Part shown: piece by piece, positions 39,501-52,700 of the stretch
Numbering within the stretch: position 1 is the first letter of the stretch
Layout: every line of letters begins with the position of its first letter
From: Eledone cirrhosa
Lineage: Eukaryota
Direction: 5' to 3'
NCBI GenBank assembly: GCA_964016885.1
Contig: OZ024743.1
Span: forward strand, 142,104,001-142,168,000
Length of the DNA stretch: 64,000 nt
Notes under the pieces: model-generated
What the model was told of the DNA's origin: nothing
The model's input: the letters and a program-made list of their open reading frames with translations, nothing else
Database searches by the model: none
Translations under genes and position numbers: made by a program

Positions 39501-42500
39501 GTGCTTGGTGTTTGGTGTTTGGTGTTATATGCTTGGTGTTTGATGCTTGGTGCTTGGTGCTTGGTGTTTGGTGTTTGGTGCTTGGTGTTTGATGCTTGGT
39601 GCTTGGTGCTTGGGGTTTGGTGCTTGGTGCTTGGTGTTTGGTGCTTGGTGCTTGGTGTTTGGTGCTAGGTGTTTGGTGCTTGGTGTTTGGTGCTTGGTGC
39701 TTGGTGCTTGGTGCTTGGTGTTTGGTGTTTGTACTTGGTGCTTGGTGCTTGGTGTTTGGTTCTTGGTTCTTGGTGTTTGGTGTTTGGCGATTGGTGTTTG
39801 GTGCTTGGTGCTTGGAGTTTGGTGTTTGGTGCTTGGTGCTTGGTGTTTTGTGTTTGGTGCTTGGTGTTTGATGCTTGGTGCTTGGTGCTTGGTGTTTTGT
39901 GTTTGGTGCTTGGTTCTTGGTGTTTGGTGCTTGGTGCTTGGTGTTTGGTGCTTGGTGCTTGGTGTTTGGTGCTTGGTGATTGGTGCTTGGTGTTTGGTGC
40001 TTGGTGCTTGGTGCTTGGTGTTTGGTGCTTGGTGTTTGGTGCTTGGTGTTAGGTCTTTGGTGCTTGGTGTTTGGTGTTATATGCTTGGTGTTTGATGCTT
40101 GGTGCTTGGTGCTTGGTGTTTGGTGCTTGGTGCTTGATGCTTGGTGCTTGGTTCTTGGTGTTTGGTGCTTGGTGCTTGGTGTTTGTACTTGGTGCTTGGT
40201 GCTTGGTTCTTGGTGTTTGGTGCTTGGTGCTTGGTGTTTGGTGCTTGGTGCTTGGTGTTTGGTGCTTAGTGTTTGGTGCTTGGTGCTTGGTGCTTGGTGC
40301 TTGGTGTTTGGTGCTTGGTGTTTGGTGCTTGGTGTTTGGTGCTTGGTGTTTGGTGCTTGGTGTTTGGTGTTTGGTGCTTGGTGCTTGGTGTTTGGTGTTT
40401 GGTGCTTGGTGTTTGGTGCTTGGTGTTTGGTGTTAGGTGTTTGGTGCTTGGTGTTTGGTGTTTGGTGCTTGGTGTTTGGTGCTTGGTGCTTGGTGTTTGG
40501 TGCTTGGTACTTGGTGCTTGGTGCTTGGTGTTAGGTGTTTGGTGCTTGGTGCTTGGTGTTTGGTTTTTGGTGCTTGGTGCTTGGTGTTTGGTGTTTGGTG
40601 CTTGCTGCTGGCTGCTTGGTGTTTGATGCTTGGTGATTGGTGCTTGGTGTTTGGTGCTTGGTGTTTGGTGTTTGGTGCTAGGTGCCTGGTGTTTGGTGCT
40701 TGGAACTTGGTGCTTGGTGTTTGGTGTTTGGTGTTTGGTGCTTGGTGCTTGGTGTTTGGTGCTTGGTGCTGGGTGGTTGGTGTTTGGTGCTTGGTGTTTG
40801 GTGTTTGGTGCTTGGTGCTTGGTGTTTGGTGCCTGGTGTTTAGTGTTTGGTGCTTGGTGCTTAGTGTTTGGTGCTAGGTGCTTGGTGTTTGGTGCTTGGT
40901 GCTTGGTGTTTGGTGCCTGGTACTTGGTGTTTGGTGTTTGGTGTTTGGTGCTTGGTGTTTGGTGTTTGCTGTTTGCTGTTTGGTGTTTGGTGTTTGGTGT
41001 TTGTTGTTTGGTGTTTGCTGTTTGGTGTTTGGTGTTTGCTTTTTGGTGTTTGGTGTTTGCTGTATGTTGTTTGCTATTTGGTGTTTGGTGTTTGGTGTTT
41101 GGTGCTTGTTGCTTGGTGTTTGGTGCTTGGTGCTTGGTGTTTGGTTCCTGGTGCTTGGTGCTTGGTGCTTGGTGTTTGGTGTTTGGTGCTTGGTGCTTGG
41201 AGTTTTGTGTTTGGTGCTTGGTGCTTGGTGTTTTGTGTTTCGTGTTTGGTTTTTGGTGCTTGGTGCTTGGTGCTTGGTCGTTGGTGTTTGGTGCTGGGTG
41301 CTTTGTCTTTGGTGCTTGGTGCTTGGTGCTTGGTGTTTGGTGTTTGCTGCTTGGTGTTTGATGCTTGGTGCTTGGTGCTTGGTGTTTTGTGTTTGGTGCT
41401 TGGTGTTTGGTGCTTGGTGCTTGGTGTTTGTACATGGTGCTTGGTGCTTGGTGTTTGGTTCTTGGTTCTTGGTGTTTGGTGTTTGGCGATTGGTGTTTGG
41501 TGCTTGGTGCTTGGTGTTTGGTGCCTGGTGCTTGGTGCTTGGTGCTTGGTGTTTGGTGTTTGGTGCTTGGTGCTTGGAGTTTGGTGTTTGGTGCTTGGTG
41601 CTTGGTGTTTTGTGTTTGGTGCTTGGTGTTTGATGCTTGGTGCTTGGTGCTTGGTGTTTTGTGTTTGGTACTTGGTTCTTGGTGTTTGGTGCTTGGTGCT
41701 TGGTGCTTGGTGTTTGTACTTGGTGCTTGGTGCTTGGTGTTTGGTTCTTGGTTCTTGGTGTTTGGTACTTGGTGCTTGGTGCTTGGTGCTTGATGTTTGG
41801 TGTTTGGTGGTTGGTGTTTGGTGCTTGGTGCTTGGTGCTTGGTGTTAGGTGTTTGGTGCTTGGTCCTTAGTGTTTGGTGCTTGGTGTTTGGTGTTTGCTG
41901 TCTGCTTTTTGGTGTTTAGTGTTTGCTGTATGTTGTTTGGTGTTTGCTGTTTGGTGTTTGTTCTTTGGTGGTTGGTGTTTGGTGCTTGGTGCTTGGTGTT
42001 TGGTGTTTGGTGTTTGTACTTGGTGCTTGGTGCTTGGTGCTGGGTGTTTGGTGCTTGGTGTTTGGTGCTTGGTGCTTGGTGCTTGGTGCTTGGTGCTTGG
42101 TGTTTGGTGGTTGGTGTTTGGTGCTTGGTGTTAGGTGTTTGGTGATTGGTGCTTGGTGTTTGGTGTTTGGTGCTTGGTGTTTGGTGTTTGGTGCTTGGTG
42201 TTTGGTGCTTGGTACTTGGTGCTTGGTGCTTGTTGTTAGGTGTTTGGTGCTTGGTGTTTGGTGCTTGGTGTTTGGTGCTTGGTGCTTGGTGCTTGGTGCT
42301 TGGTGTTTGGTGGTTGGTGTTTGGTGCTTGGTGTTAGGTGTTTGGTGCTTGGTGATTGGTGTTTGGTGTTTGGTGCTTGGTGTTTGGTGTTTTGTGCTTG
42401 GTGTTTGGTGCTTTTTGCTTGGTGCTTGGTGCTTGGTGTTTGGTGCTTGGTGCTTGGTGTTTGGTGTTTGGTGCTGGGTGCTTGGTGTTTGGTGTTTGGT

Positions 42501-45500
42501 GTTATATGCTTGGTGTTTGATGATTGGTGCTTGGTGCTTGGTGTTTGGTGTTTGGTGCTTGGTGTTTGATGCTTGGTGCTTGGTGCTTGGTGTTTGGTGC
42601 CTGGTGCTTGGTGTTTGGTGCTTGGTGCTTGGTGTTTGGTGCTTGGTGTTTGGTGCTTGGTGTTTGGTGCTTGGTCCTTGGTGCTTGGTGCTTGGTGTTT
42701 GGTGGTTGGTGCTTGGTGCTTGGTGTTAGGTGTTTGGTGCTTGGTGCTTGGTGTTTGGTGTTTGGTGCTTGGTGTTTGGTGTTTGGTGCTTGGTGTTTGG
42801 TGCTTGGTACTTGGTGCTTGGTGCTTGGTGTTAGGTGTTTGGTGCTTGGTGTTTGGTGTCTGGTTTTTGGTGCTTGGTGCTTGGTGTTTGGTGCTTGCTG
42901 CTGGCTGCTTGGTGTTTGGTGCTTGGTGATTGGTGCCTGGTGTTTGGTGCTTGGTGTTTGGTGTTTGGTGCTAGGTGCTTGGTGTTTGGTGCTTGGTGCT
43001 TGGTGTTTGTACTTGGTGCTTGCTGCTTGGTTCTTGGTGTTTGGTGCTTGGTGCTTGGTGTTTGGTGCTTGGTGCTTGGTGTTTGGTGCTTGGTGTTTGG
43101 TGCTTGGTGTTTGGTGCTTGGTGCTTGGTGCTTGGTGTTTGGTGCTTGGTGTTTGGTGCTTGGTGTTAGGTGTTTGGTGCTTGGTGCTTGGTGTTTGGTG
43201 CTTGGTGTTTGATGCTTGGTGCTTTGTGCTTGGTGTTTGGTGCTTGGTGCTTGGTGTTTGTACTTGGTGCTTGGTGCTTGGTTCTTGGTGTTTGGTGCTT
43301 GGTGCTTGGTGTTTGGTGTTTGGTGCTTGGTGTTTGGTGCTTGGTGTTTGGTGCTTGGTGCTTGGTGTTTGGTGCTTGGTGCTGGGTGGTTGGTGTTTAG
43401 TGCTTGGTGTTTGGTGCTGGGTGCTTGGTGTTTGGTGCTTGGTGTTTGGTGTTTGGTGCTTGGTGCTTGGTGTTTGGTGCTTGGTGTTTAGTGTTTGGTG
43501 CTTGGTGCTTAGTGTTTGGTGCTAGGTGCTTGGTGTTTGGTGCTTGGTGCTTGGTGTTTGGTGCCTGGTGCTTGGTGTTTGGTGTTTGGTGTTTGGTGCT
43601 TGGTGTTTGGTGTTTGCTGTTTGCTGTTTGGTGTTTGGTGTTTGGTGTTTGTTGTTTGGTGTTTGCTGTTTGGTGTTTGGTGTTTGCTTTTTGGTGTTTG
43701 GTGTTTGCTGTATGTTGTTTGCTGTTTGGTGTTTGGTGTTTGGTGTTTGGTGCTTGTTGCTTGGTGTTTGGTGCTTGGTGCTTGGTGTTTGGTTCCTGGT
43801 GCTTGGTGCTTGGTGCTTGGTGTTTGGTGTTTGGTGCTTGGTGCTTGGAGTTTTGTGTTTGGTGCTTGGTGCTTGGTGTTTTGTGTTTCGTGTTTGGTTT
43901 TTGGTGCTTGGTGCTTGGTGCTTGGTCCTTGGTGTTTGGTGCTGGGTGCTTTGTGTTTGGTGCTTGGTGCTTGGTGCTTGGTGTTTGGTGTTTGGTGTTT
44001 GATGCTTGGTGCTTGGTGCTTGGTGTTTTGTTTTTGGTGCTTGGTGTTTGGTGCTTGGTGTTTGTACTTGGTGCTTGGTGCTTGGTGTTTGGTTCTTGGT
44101 TCTTGGTGTTTGGTGTTTGGCGATTGGTGTTTGGTGCTTGGTGCTTGGTGTTTGGTGCCTGGTGCTTGGTGCTTGGTGCTTGCTGTTTGGTGTCTGGTGC
44201 TTGGTGCTTGGAGTTTGGTGTTTGGTGCTTGGTGCTTGGTGTTTTGTGTTTGGTGCTTGGTTCTTGGTGTTTGGTGCTTGGTGCTTGGTGCTTGGTGTTT
44301 GTACTTGGTGCTTGGTGCTTGGTGTTTGGTTCTTGGTTCTTGGTGTTTGGTACTTGGTGCTTGGTGCTTGATGTTTGGTGTTTGGTGGTTGGTGTTTGGT
44401 GCTTGGTGCTTGGTGCTTGATGTTAGGTGCTTGGTGCTTGGTCCTTGATGTTTGGTGCTTGGTGTTTGGTGTTTGCTGTCTGCTTTTTTGTGTTTAGTGT
44501 TTGCTGTATGGTGTTTGGTGTTTGCTGTTTGGTGTTTGGTCTTTGGTGCTTGGTGTTTGGTGCTTGGTGCTTGGTGTTTGGTGTTTGGTGCTTGGTGCTT
44601 GGTGTTTGGTGTTATATGCTTGGTGTTTGATGCTTGGTGCTTGGTGCTTGGTGTTTGGTGTTTGGTGTTTGTACTTGGTGCTTGGTGCTTGGTGCTTGGT
44701 GTTTGGTGCTTGGTGTTTGGTGCTTGGTGCTTGGTGCTTCGTGCTTGGTGCTTGGTGTTTGGTGGTTGGTGTTAGGTGTTTGGTGCTTGGTGCTTGGTGT
44801 TTGGTGTTTGGTGCTTGGTGTTTGGTGTTTGGTGCTTGGTGTTTGGTGCTTGGTACTTGGTGCTTGGTGCTTGGTGTTAGGTGTTTGGTGCTTGGTGTTT
44901 GGTGCTTGGTGTTTGGTGCTTCGTGCTTGGTGCTTGGTGCTTGGTGTTTGGTGGTTGGTGTTTGGTGCTTGGTGTTAGGTGTTTGGTGCTTGGTGCTTGG
45001 TGTTTGGTGTTTGGTGCTTGGTGTTTGGTGTTTGGTGCTTGGTGTTTGGTGCTTTTTGCTTGGTGCTTGGTGTTTGGTGTTTGGTGCTTGGTGTTTGGTG
45101 TTTGGAGCTTGGTGTTTGGTGCTTTTTGCTTGGTGCTTGGTGCTTGGTGTTTGGTGCTTGGTGCTTGGTGTTTGGTGCTGGGTGCTTGGTGTTTGGTGTT
45201 TGGTGTTATATGCTTGGTGTTTGATGCTTGGTGCTTGGTGCTTGGTGTTTGGTGTTTGGTGCTTGGTGTTTGATGCTTGGTGCTTGGTGCTTGGTGTTTG
45301 GTGCTTGGTGCTTGGTGTTTGGTGCTTGGTGCTTGGTGTTTGGTGTTTGGTGCTTGGTGCTTGGTGTTTGGTGCTTGGTGCTTGGTGCTTGGTGCTTGGT
45401 GTTTGGTGTTTGTACTTGGTGCTTGGTGCTTGGTGTTTGGTTCTTGGTTCTTGGTGTTTGGTGTTTGGCGATTGGTGTTTGGTGCTTGGTGCTTGGTGTT
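30540..45500 (+). repeat. About 5.6-kb higher-order repeat in three copies; the middle copy is shortened to ~3.74 kb
   Basis: The marker TAGGTCTT lies at about 30688, 36306 and 40050. ORF offsets are 5618-5632, 3744 and 9341-9425 (31254/36886/40630; 35002/38816/44427). Confidence 0.85.
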
Positions 45501-46755
45501 TGGTGCCTGGTGCTTGGTGCTTGGTGCTTGGTGTTTGGTGTTTGGTGCTTGGTGCTTGGAGTTTGGTGTTTGGTGCTTGGTGCTTGGTGTTTTGTGTTTG
45601 GTGCTTGGTGTTTGATGCTTGGTGCTTGGCGCTTGGTGTTTTGTGTTTGGTGCTTGGTTCTTGGTGTTTGGTGCTTGGTGCTTGGTGCTTGGTGTTTGTA
45701 CTTGGTGCTTGGTGCTTGGTGTTTGGTTCTTGGTTCTTGGTGTTTGGTACTTGGTGCTTGGTGCTTGATGTTTGGTGTTTGGTGGTTGGTGTTTGGTGCT
45801 TGGTGCTTGGTGCTTGATGTTAGGTGTTTGGTGCTTGGTCCTTGGTGTTTGGTGCTTGGTGTTTGGTGTTTGCTGTCTGCTTTTTTGTGTTTAGTGTTTG
45901 CTGTATGGTGTTTGGTGTTTGCTGTTTGGTGTTTGGTCTTTGGTGCTTGGTGTTTGGTGCTTGGTGCTTGGTGTTTGGTGTTTGGTGCTTGGTGCTTGGT
46001 GTTTGGTGTTATATGCTTGGTGTTTGATGCTTGGTGCTTGGTGCTTGGTGTTTGGTGTTTGGTGTTTGTACTTGGTGCTTGGTGCTTGGTGCTTGGTGTT
46101 TGGTGCTTGGTGTTTGGTGCTTGGTGCTTGGTGCTTCGTGCTTGGTGCTTGGTGTTTGGTGGTTGGTGTTTGGTGCTTGGTGTTAGGTGTTTGGTGCTTG
46201 GTGCTTGGTGTTTGGTGTTTGGTGCTTGGTGTTTGGTGTTTGGTGCTTGGTGTTTGGTGCTTGGTACTTGGTGCTTGGTGCTTGGTGTTAGGTGTTTGGT
46301 GCTTGGTGTTTGGTGCTTGGTGTTTGGTGCTTCGTGCTTGGTGCTTGGTGCTTGGTGTTTGGTGGTTGGTGTTTGGTGCTTGGTGTTAGGTGTTTGGTGC
46401 TTGGTGCTTGGTGTTTGGTGTTTGGTGCTTGGTGTTTGGTGTTTGGTGCTTGGTGTTTGGTGCTTTTTGCTTGGTGCTTGGTGTTTGGTTTTTGGTGCTT
46501 GGTGTTTGGTGTTTGGAGCTTGGTGTTTGGTGCTTTTTGCTTGGTGCTTGGTGCTTGGTGTTTGGTGCTTGGTGCTTGGTGTTTGGTGCTGGGTGCTTGG
46601 TGTTTGGTGTTTGGTGTTATATGCTTGGTGTTTGATGCTTGGTGCTTGGTGCTTGGTGTTTGGTGTTTGGTGCTTGGTGTTTGATGCTTGGTGCTTGGTG
46701 CTTGGTGTTTGGTGCTTGGTGCTTGGTGTTTGGTGCTTGGTGCTTGGTGTTTGGT
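44060..46755 (+). repeat. About 1.4-kb tandem duplication
   Basis: ORF offsets are 1397 (44427/45824, 44501/45898) and 1411 (44881/46292, 45228/46639). Confidence 0.85.
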
Positions 46756-49700
46756 GCTAGGTGTTTGGTGCTTGGTGTTTGGTGCTTGGTGCTTGGTGCT
46801 TGGTGCTTGGTGTTTGGTGGTTGGTGCTTGGTGCTTGGTGTTTGGTGTTTGGTGCTTGGTGTTTGGTGCTTGGTACTTGGTGCTTGGTGCTTGGTGTTAG
46901 GTGTTTGGTGCTTGGTGTTTGGTGTCTGGTTTTTGGTGCTTGGTGCTTGGTGTTTGGTGCTTGCTGCTGGCTGCTTGGTGTTTGGTGCTTGGTGATTGGT
47001 GCCTGGTGTTTGGTGCTTGGTGTTTGGTGTTTGGTGCTAGGTGCTTGGTGTTTGGTGCTTGGTGCTTGGTGTTTGTACTTGGTGCTTGGTGCTTGGTTCT
47101 TGGTGTTTGGTGCTTGGTGCTTGGTGTTTGGTGCTTGGTGCTTGGTGTTTGGTGCTTGGTGTTTGGTGCTTGGAGTTTGGTGCTTGGTGCTTGGTGCTTG
47201 GTGTTTGGTGCTTGGTGTTTGGTGCCTGGTGTTAGGTGTTTGGTGCTTGGTGCTTGGTGTTTGGTGTTTGGTGCTTGGTGTTTGGTGTTATATGCTTGGT
47301 GTTTGATGCTTTGTGCTTGGTGCTTAGTGTTTGGTGCTTGGTGTTTGATGCTTGGTGCTTGGTGCTTGGTGTTTGGTGCTTGGTGCTTGGTGTTTGTACT
47401 TGGTGCTTGGTGCTTGGTTCTTGGTGTCTGGTGCTTGGTGCTTGGTGTTTGGTGTTTGGTGCTTGGTGTTTGGTGCTTGGTGTTTGGTGCTTGGTGCTTG
47501 GTGTTTGGTGCTTGGTGCTGGGTGGTTGGTGTTTAGTGCTTGGTGTTTGGTGCTTGGTGGTTGGTGCTTGGTGTTTGGTGCTTGGTGTTTGGTGCTTGGT
47601 GTTTGGTGTTTGGTGCTTGGTGCTTGGTGTTTGGTGCTTGGTGTTTAGTGTTTGGTGCTTGGTGCTTAGTGTTTGGTGCTAGGTGCTTGGTGTTTGGTGC
47701 TTGGTGCTTGGTGTTTGGTGCCTGGTGCTTGGTGTTTGGTGTTTGGTGTTTGGTGCTTGGTGCTTGGTGTTTGGTGTTTGCTGTTTGCTGTTTGGTGTTT
47801 GGTGTTTGGTGTTTGTTGTTTGGTGTTAGCTGCTTGGTGTTTGGTGTTTGCTTTTTGGTGTTTGGTGTTTGCTGTATGTTGTTTGCTGTTTGGTGTTTGG
47901 TGTTTGGTGTTTGGTGCTTGTTGCTTGGTGTTTGGTGCTTGGTGCTTGGTGTTTGGTTCCTGGTGCTTGGTGCTTGGTGCTTGGTGTTTGGTGTTTGGTG
48001 CTTGGTGCTTGGAGTTTTGGTGTTTGGTGCTTGGTGCTTGGTGTTTTGTGTTTCGTGTTTGGTTTTTGGTGCTTGGTGCTTGGTGCTTGGTCCTTGGTGT
48101 TTGGTGCTGGGTGCTTTGTGTTTGGTGCTTGGTGCTTGGTGCTTGGTGTTTGGTGTTTGCTGCTTGGTGTTTGATGCTTGGTGCTTGGTGTTTTGTGTTT
48201 GGTGCTTGGTGTTTGGTGCTTGGTGCTTGGTGTTTGTACTTGGTGCTTGGTGCTTGGTGTTTGGTTCTTGGTTCTTGGTGTTTGGTGTTTGGCGATTGGT
48301 GTTTGGTGCTTGGTGCTTGGTGTTTGGTGCCTGGTGCTTGGTGCTTGGTGCTTGGTATTTCGTGTTTGGTGCTTGGTGCTTGGAGTTTGGTGTTTGGTGC
48401 TTGGTGCTTGGTGTTTTGTGTTTGGTGTTAGTTGTTTGGTGCTTGGTGCTTGGTGCTTGGTGCTTGGTGTTTGGTGGTTGGTGTTTAGTGCTTGGTGTTA
48501 GTTGTTTGGTGCTTGGTGCTTGGTGTTTGGTGTTGGTGCTTGGTGTTTGGTGTTTGGTGCTTGGTGTTTGGTGCTTTTTGCTTGGTGCTTGGTGCTTGGT
48601 GTTTGGTGCTTGGTGCTTGGTGTTTGGTGCTGGGTGCTTGGTGTTTGGTGTTTGGTGTTATATGCTTGGTGTTTGATGCTTGGTGCTTGGTGCTTGGTGT
48701 TTGGTGTTTGGTGCTTGGTGTTTGATGCTTGGTGCTTGGTGCTTGGTGTTTGGTGCTTGGTGCTTGGTGTTTGGTGCTTGGTGCTTGGTGTTTGGTGCTT
48801 GGTGTTTGGTGCTTGATGTTTGGTGCTTGGTGCTTGGTGCTTGGTGCTTGGTGTTTGGTGGTTGGTGCTTGGTGCTTGGTGTTAGGTGTTTGGTGCTTGG
48901 TGCTTGGTGTTTGGTGTTTGGTGCTTGGTGTTTGGTGTTTGGTGCTTGCTGCTGGCTGCTTGGTGTTTGGTGCTTGGTGATTGGTGCTTGGTGTTTGGTG
49001 CTTGGTGTTTGGTGTTTGGTGCTAGGTGCTTGGTGTTTGGTGCTTGGTGCTTGGTGTTTGTACTTGGTGCTTGGTGCTTGGTTCTTGGTGTTTGGTGCTT
49101 GGTGCTTGGTGTTTGGTGCTTGGTGCTTGGTGTTTGGTGCTTGGTGTTTGGTGCTTGGTGTTTGGTGCATGGTTCTTGGTGCTTGGTGTTTGGTGCTTGG
49201 TGTTTGGTGCTTGGTGTTAGGTGTTTGGTGCTTGGTGTTTGGTGCTTGGTACTTGGTGCTTGGTGCTTGGTGTTAGGTGTTTGGTGCTTGGTGTTTGGTG
49301 TCTGGTTTTTGGTGCTTGGTGCTTGGTGTTTGGTGCTTGCTGCTGGCTGCTTGGTGTTTGGTGCTTGGTGATTGGTGCTTGGTGTTTGGTGCTTGGTGTT
49401 TGGTGTTTGGTGCTAGATGCTTGGTGTTTGGTGCTTGGTGCTTGGTGTTTGTACTTGGTGCTTGGTGCTTGGTTCTTGGTGTTTGGTGCTTGGTGCTTGG
49501 TGTTTGGTGCTTGGTGCTTGGTGTTTGGTGCTTGGTGTTTGGTGCTTGGTGCTTGGTGCTTGGTGTTTGTACTTGGTGCTTGGTGCTTGGTGTTTGGTTC
49601 TTGGTTCTTGGTGTTTGGTACTTGGTGCTTGGTGCTTGGTGCTTGATGTTTGGTGTTTGGTGGTTGGTGTTTGGTGCTTGGTGCTTGGTGCTTGGTGTTA

Positions 49701-52700
49701 GGTGTTTGGTGCTTGGTCCTTGGTGTTTGGTGCTTGGTGTTTGGTGTTTGCTGTCTGCTTTTTGGTGTTTAGTGTTTGCTGTATGGTGTTTGGTGTTTGC
49801 TGTTTGGTGTTTGGTCTTTGGTGCTTGGTGTTTGGTGCTTGGTGCTTGGTGTTTGGTGTTTGGTGCTTGGTGCTTGGTGTTTGGTGTTATATGCTTGGTG
49901 TTTGATGCTTGGTGCTTGGTGCTTGGTGCTTGGTGTTTGGTGCTTGGTGCTTGGTGTTTGGTGCTTGGTGCTTGGTGTTTGGTGTTTGGTGCTTGGTGTT
50001 TGATGCTTGGTGCTTGGTGCTTGGTGTTTGGTGCATGGTGCTTGGTGTTTGGTGCTTGGTGCTTGGTGTTTGGTGCTTGGTGTTTGGTGCTTGGTGTTTG
50101 GTGCTTGGTGCTTGGTATTTGGTGCTTGGTGCTTGGTGTTTGGTGTTTGGTGCTTGGTGTTTGGTGTTTGGTGCTTGGTGTTTGGTGCTTGGTACTTGGT
50201 GCTTGGTGCTTGGTGTTAGGTGTTTCGTGCTTGGTGTTTGGTGTCTGGTTTTTGGTGCTTGGTGCTTGGTGCTTAGTGTTTGGTGCTTGGTGCTTAGTGT
50301 TTGGTGCTAGGTGCTTGGTGTTTGGTGCTTGGTGCTTGGTGTTTGGTGCCTGGTGCTTGGTGTTTGGTGTTTGGTGTTTGGTGCTTGGTGCTTGGTGTTT
50401 GGTGTTTGCTGTTTGCTGTTTGTTGTTTGGTGTTTGCTGTTTGGTGTTTGGTGTTTGCTTTTTGGTGCTTGGTGTTTGATGCTTGGTGCTTGGTGCTTGG
50501 TGTTTGGTGCTTGGTGCTTGGTGTTTGGTGTTTGGTGCTTTGTGCTTGGTGTTTGGTGCTTGCTGCTGGCTGCTTGGTGTTTGGTGCTTGGTGATTGGTG
50601 CTTGGTGTTTGGTGCTTGGTGTTTGGTGTTTGGTGCTAGGTGCTTGGTGTTTGGTGCTTGGTGCTTGGTGTTTGTACTTGGTGCTTGGTGCTTGGTTCTT
50701 GGTGTTTGGTGCTTGGTGCTTGGTGTTTGGTGCTTGGTGCTTGGTGTTTGGTGCTTGGTGTTTGGTGCTTGGTGTTTGGTGTTTGGTGCTTGGTGCTTGG
50801 TGTTTGGTGCTTGGTGTTTGGTGCTTGGTGTTAGGTGTTTGGTGCTTGGTGCTTGGTGTTTGGTGTTTGGTGCTTGTCGTTTGGTGTTTGGTGTTATATG
50901 CTTGGTGTTTGATGCTTGGTGCTTGGTGCTTGGTGTTTGGTGCTTGGTGTTTGATGCTTGGTGCTTGGTGCTTGGTGTTTGGTGCTTGGTGCTTGGTGTT
51001 TGTACTTGGTGCTTGGTGCTTGGTTCTTGGTGTTTGGTGCTTGGTGCTTGGTGTTTGGTGTTTAGTGCTTGGTGTTTGGTGCTTGGTGTTTGGTGCTTGG
51101 TGCTTGGTGATTAGTGCTTGGTGTTTGGTGCTTGGTGTTAGGTGTTTGGTGCTTGGTGCTTGGTGTTTGGTGTTTGGTGCTTGGTGTTTGGTGCTTGGTG
51201 TTTGGTGTTAGGTGTTTGGTGCTTGGTGTTTGGTGTTTGGTGCTTGGTGTTTGGTGCTTGGTGTTTGGTGCTTGGTGTTTGGTGCTTGGTACTTGGTGCT
51301 TGGTGCTTGGTGTTAGGTGTTTGGTGCTTGGTGCTTGGTGTTTGGTTTTTGGTGCTTGGTGCTTGGTGTTTGGTGTTTGGGGCTTGCTGCTGGCTGCTTG
51401 GTGTTTGATGCTTGGTGATTGGTGCTTGGTGTTTTGTGCTTGGTGTTTGGTGTTTGGTGTTTGGTGCTAGGTGCTTGGTGTTTGGTGCTTGGTCCTTGGT
51501 GCTTGGTGTTTCGTGTTTGGTGTTAGGTGCTTGATGCTTGGTGTTTGGTGCTTGGTGCTGGGTGGTTGGTGTTTAGTGCTTGGTGTTTGGTGCTGGGTGC
51601 TTGGTGTTTGGTGCTTGGTGCTTGGTCTTTGGTGCTTGGTGTTTGGTGTTTGGTGCTTGGTGCTTGGTGCTTGGTGTTTGGTGCTTGGTGCTTGGTGTTT
51701 GGTGCTTGGTGCTTAGTGTTTGGTGCTTGGTGCTTAGTGTTTGGTTCTAGGTGCTTGGTGTTTGGTGCTTGGTGCTTGGTGTTTGGTGCCTGGTGCTTGG
51801 TGTTTGGTGTTTGGTGTTTGGTGCCTGGTGCTTGGTGTTTGGTGTTTGCTGTTTGCTGTTTGTTGTTTGGTGTTTGCTGTTTGGTGTTTGGTGTTTGCTT
51901 TTTGGTGTTTGGTGTTTGCTGTATGTTGTTTGCTGTTTGGTGTTTGGTGTTTGGTGTTTCGTGCTTGGTGTTTGGTGCTTGGTGCTTGGTGTTTGGTGCC
52001 TGGTGCTTGGTGCTTGGTGCTTGGTGTTTGGTGTTTGGTGCTTGGTGCTTGGAGTTTGGTGTTTGGTGCTTGGTGCTTGGTGTTTCGTGTTTAGTGTTTG
52101 GTTTTTGGTGCTTGGTGCTTGGTGCTTGGTCCTTGGTGTTTGGTGTTTGCTGCTTGGTGTTTGATGCTTGGTGCTTGGTGCTTGGTGTTTTGTGTTTGGT
52201 GCTTGGTGCTTGGTGTTTGGTGCTTGGTGCTTGGTGCTTGGTGTTTGTACTTGGTGCTTGGTGTTTGGTTCTTGGTTCTTGGTGTTTGGTGTTTGGCGTT
52301 TGGTGTTTGGTGCTTGGTGCTTGGTGTTTGGTGCTTGGTGCTTGGTGTTTGGTGCCTGGTGCTTGGTGCTTGGTGTTTGGTGTTTGGTGCTTGGTGCTTG
52401 GTGCTTGGAGTTTGGTGTTTGGTGCTTGGTGCTTTGTGTTTTGTGTTTGGTGTTTGGTTTTTGGTGCTTGGTGCTTGGTCCTTGGTGTTTGGTGCTGGGT
52501 GCTTTGTGTTTGGTGCTTGGTGCTTGGTGTTTGGTGTTTGCTGCTTGGTGTTTGATGCTTGGTGCTTGGTGCTTGGTGTTTTGTGTTTGGTGCTTGGTTC
52601 TTGGTGTATGGTGCTTGGTGCTTGGTACTTGGTGTTTGTACTTGGTGCTTGGTGCTTGGTGTTTGGTTCTTGGTTCTTGGTGTTTGGTACTTGGTGCTTC

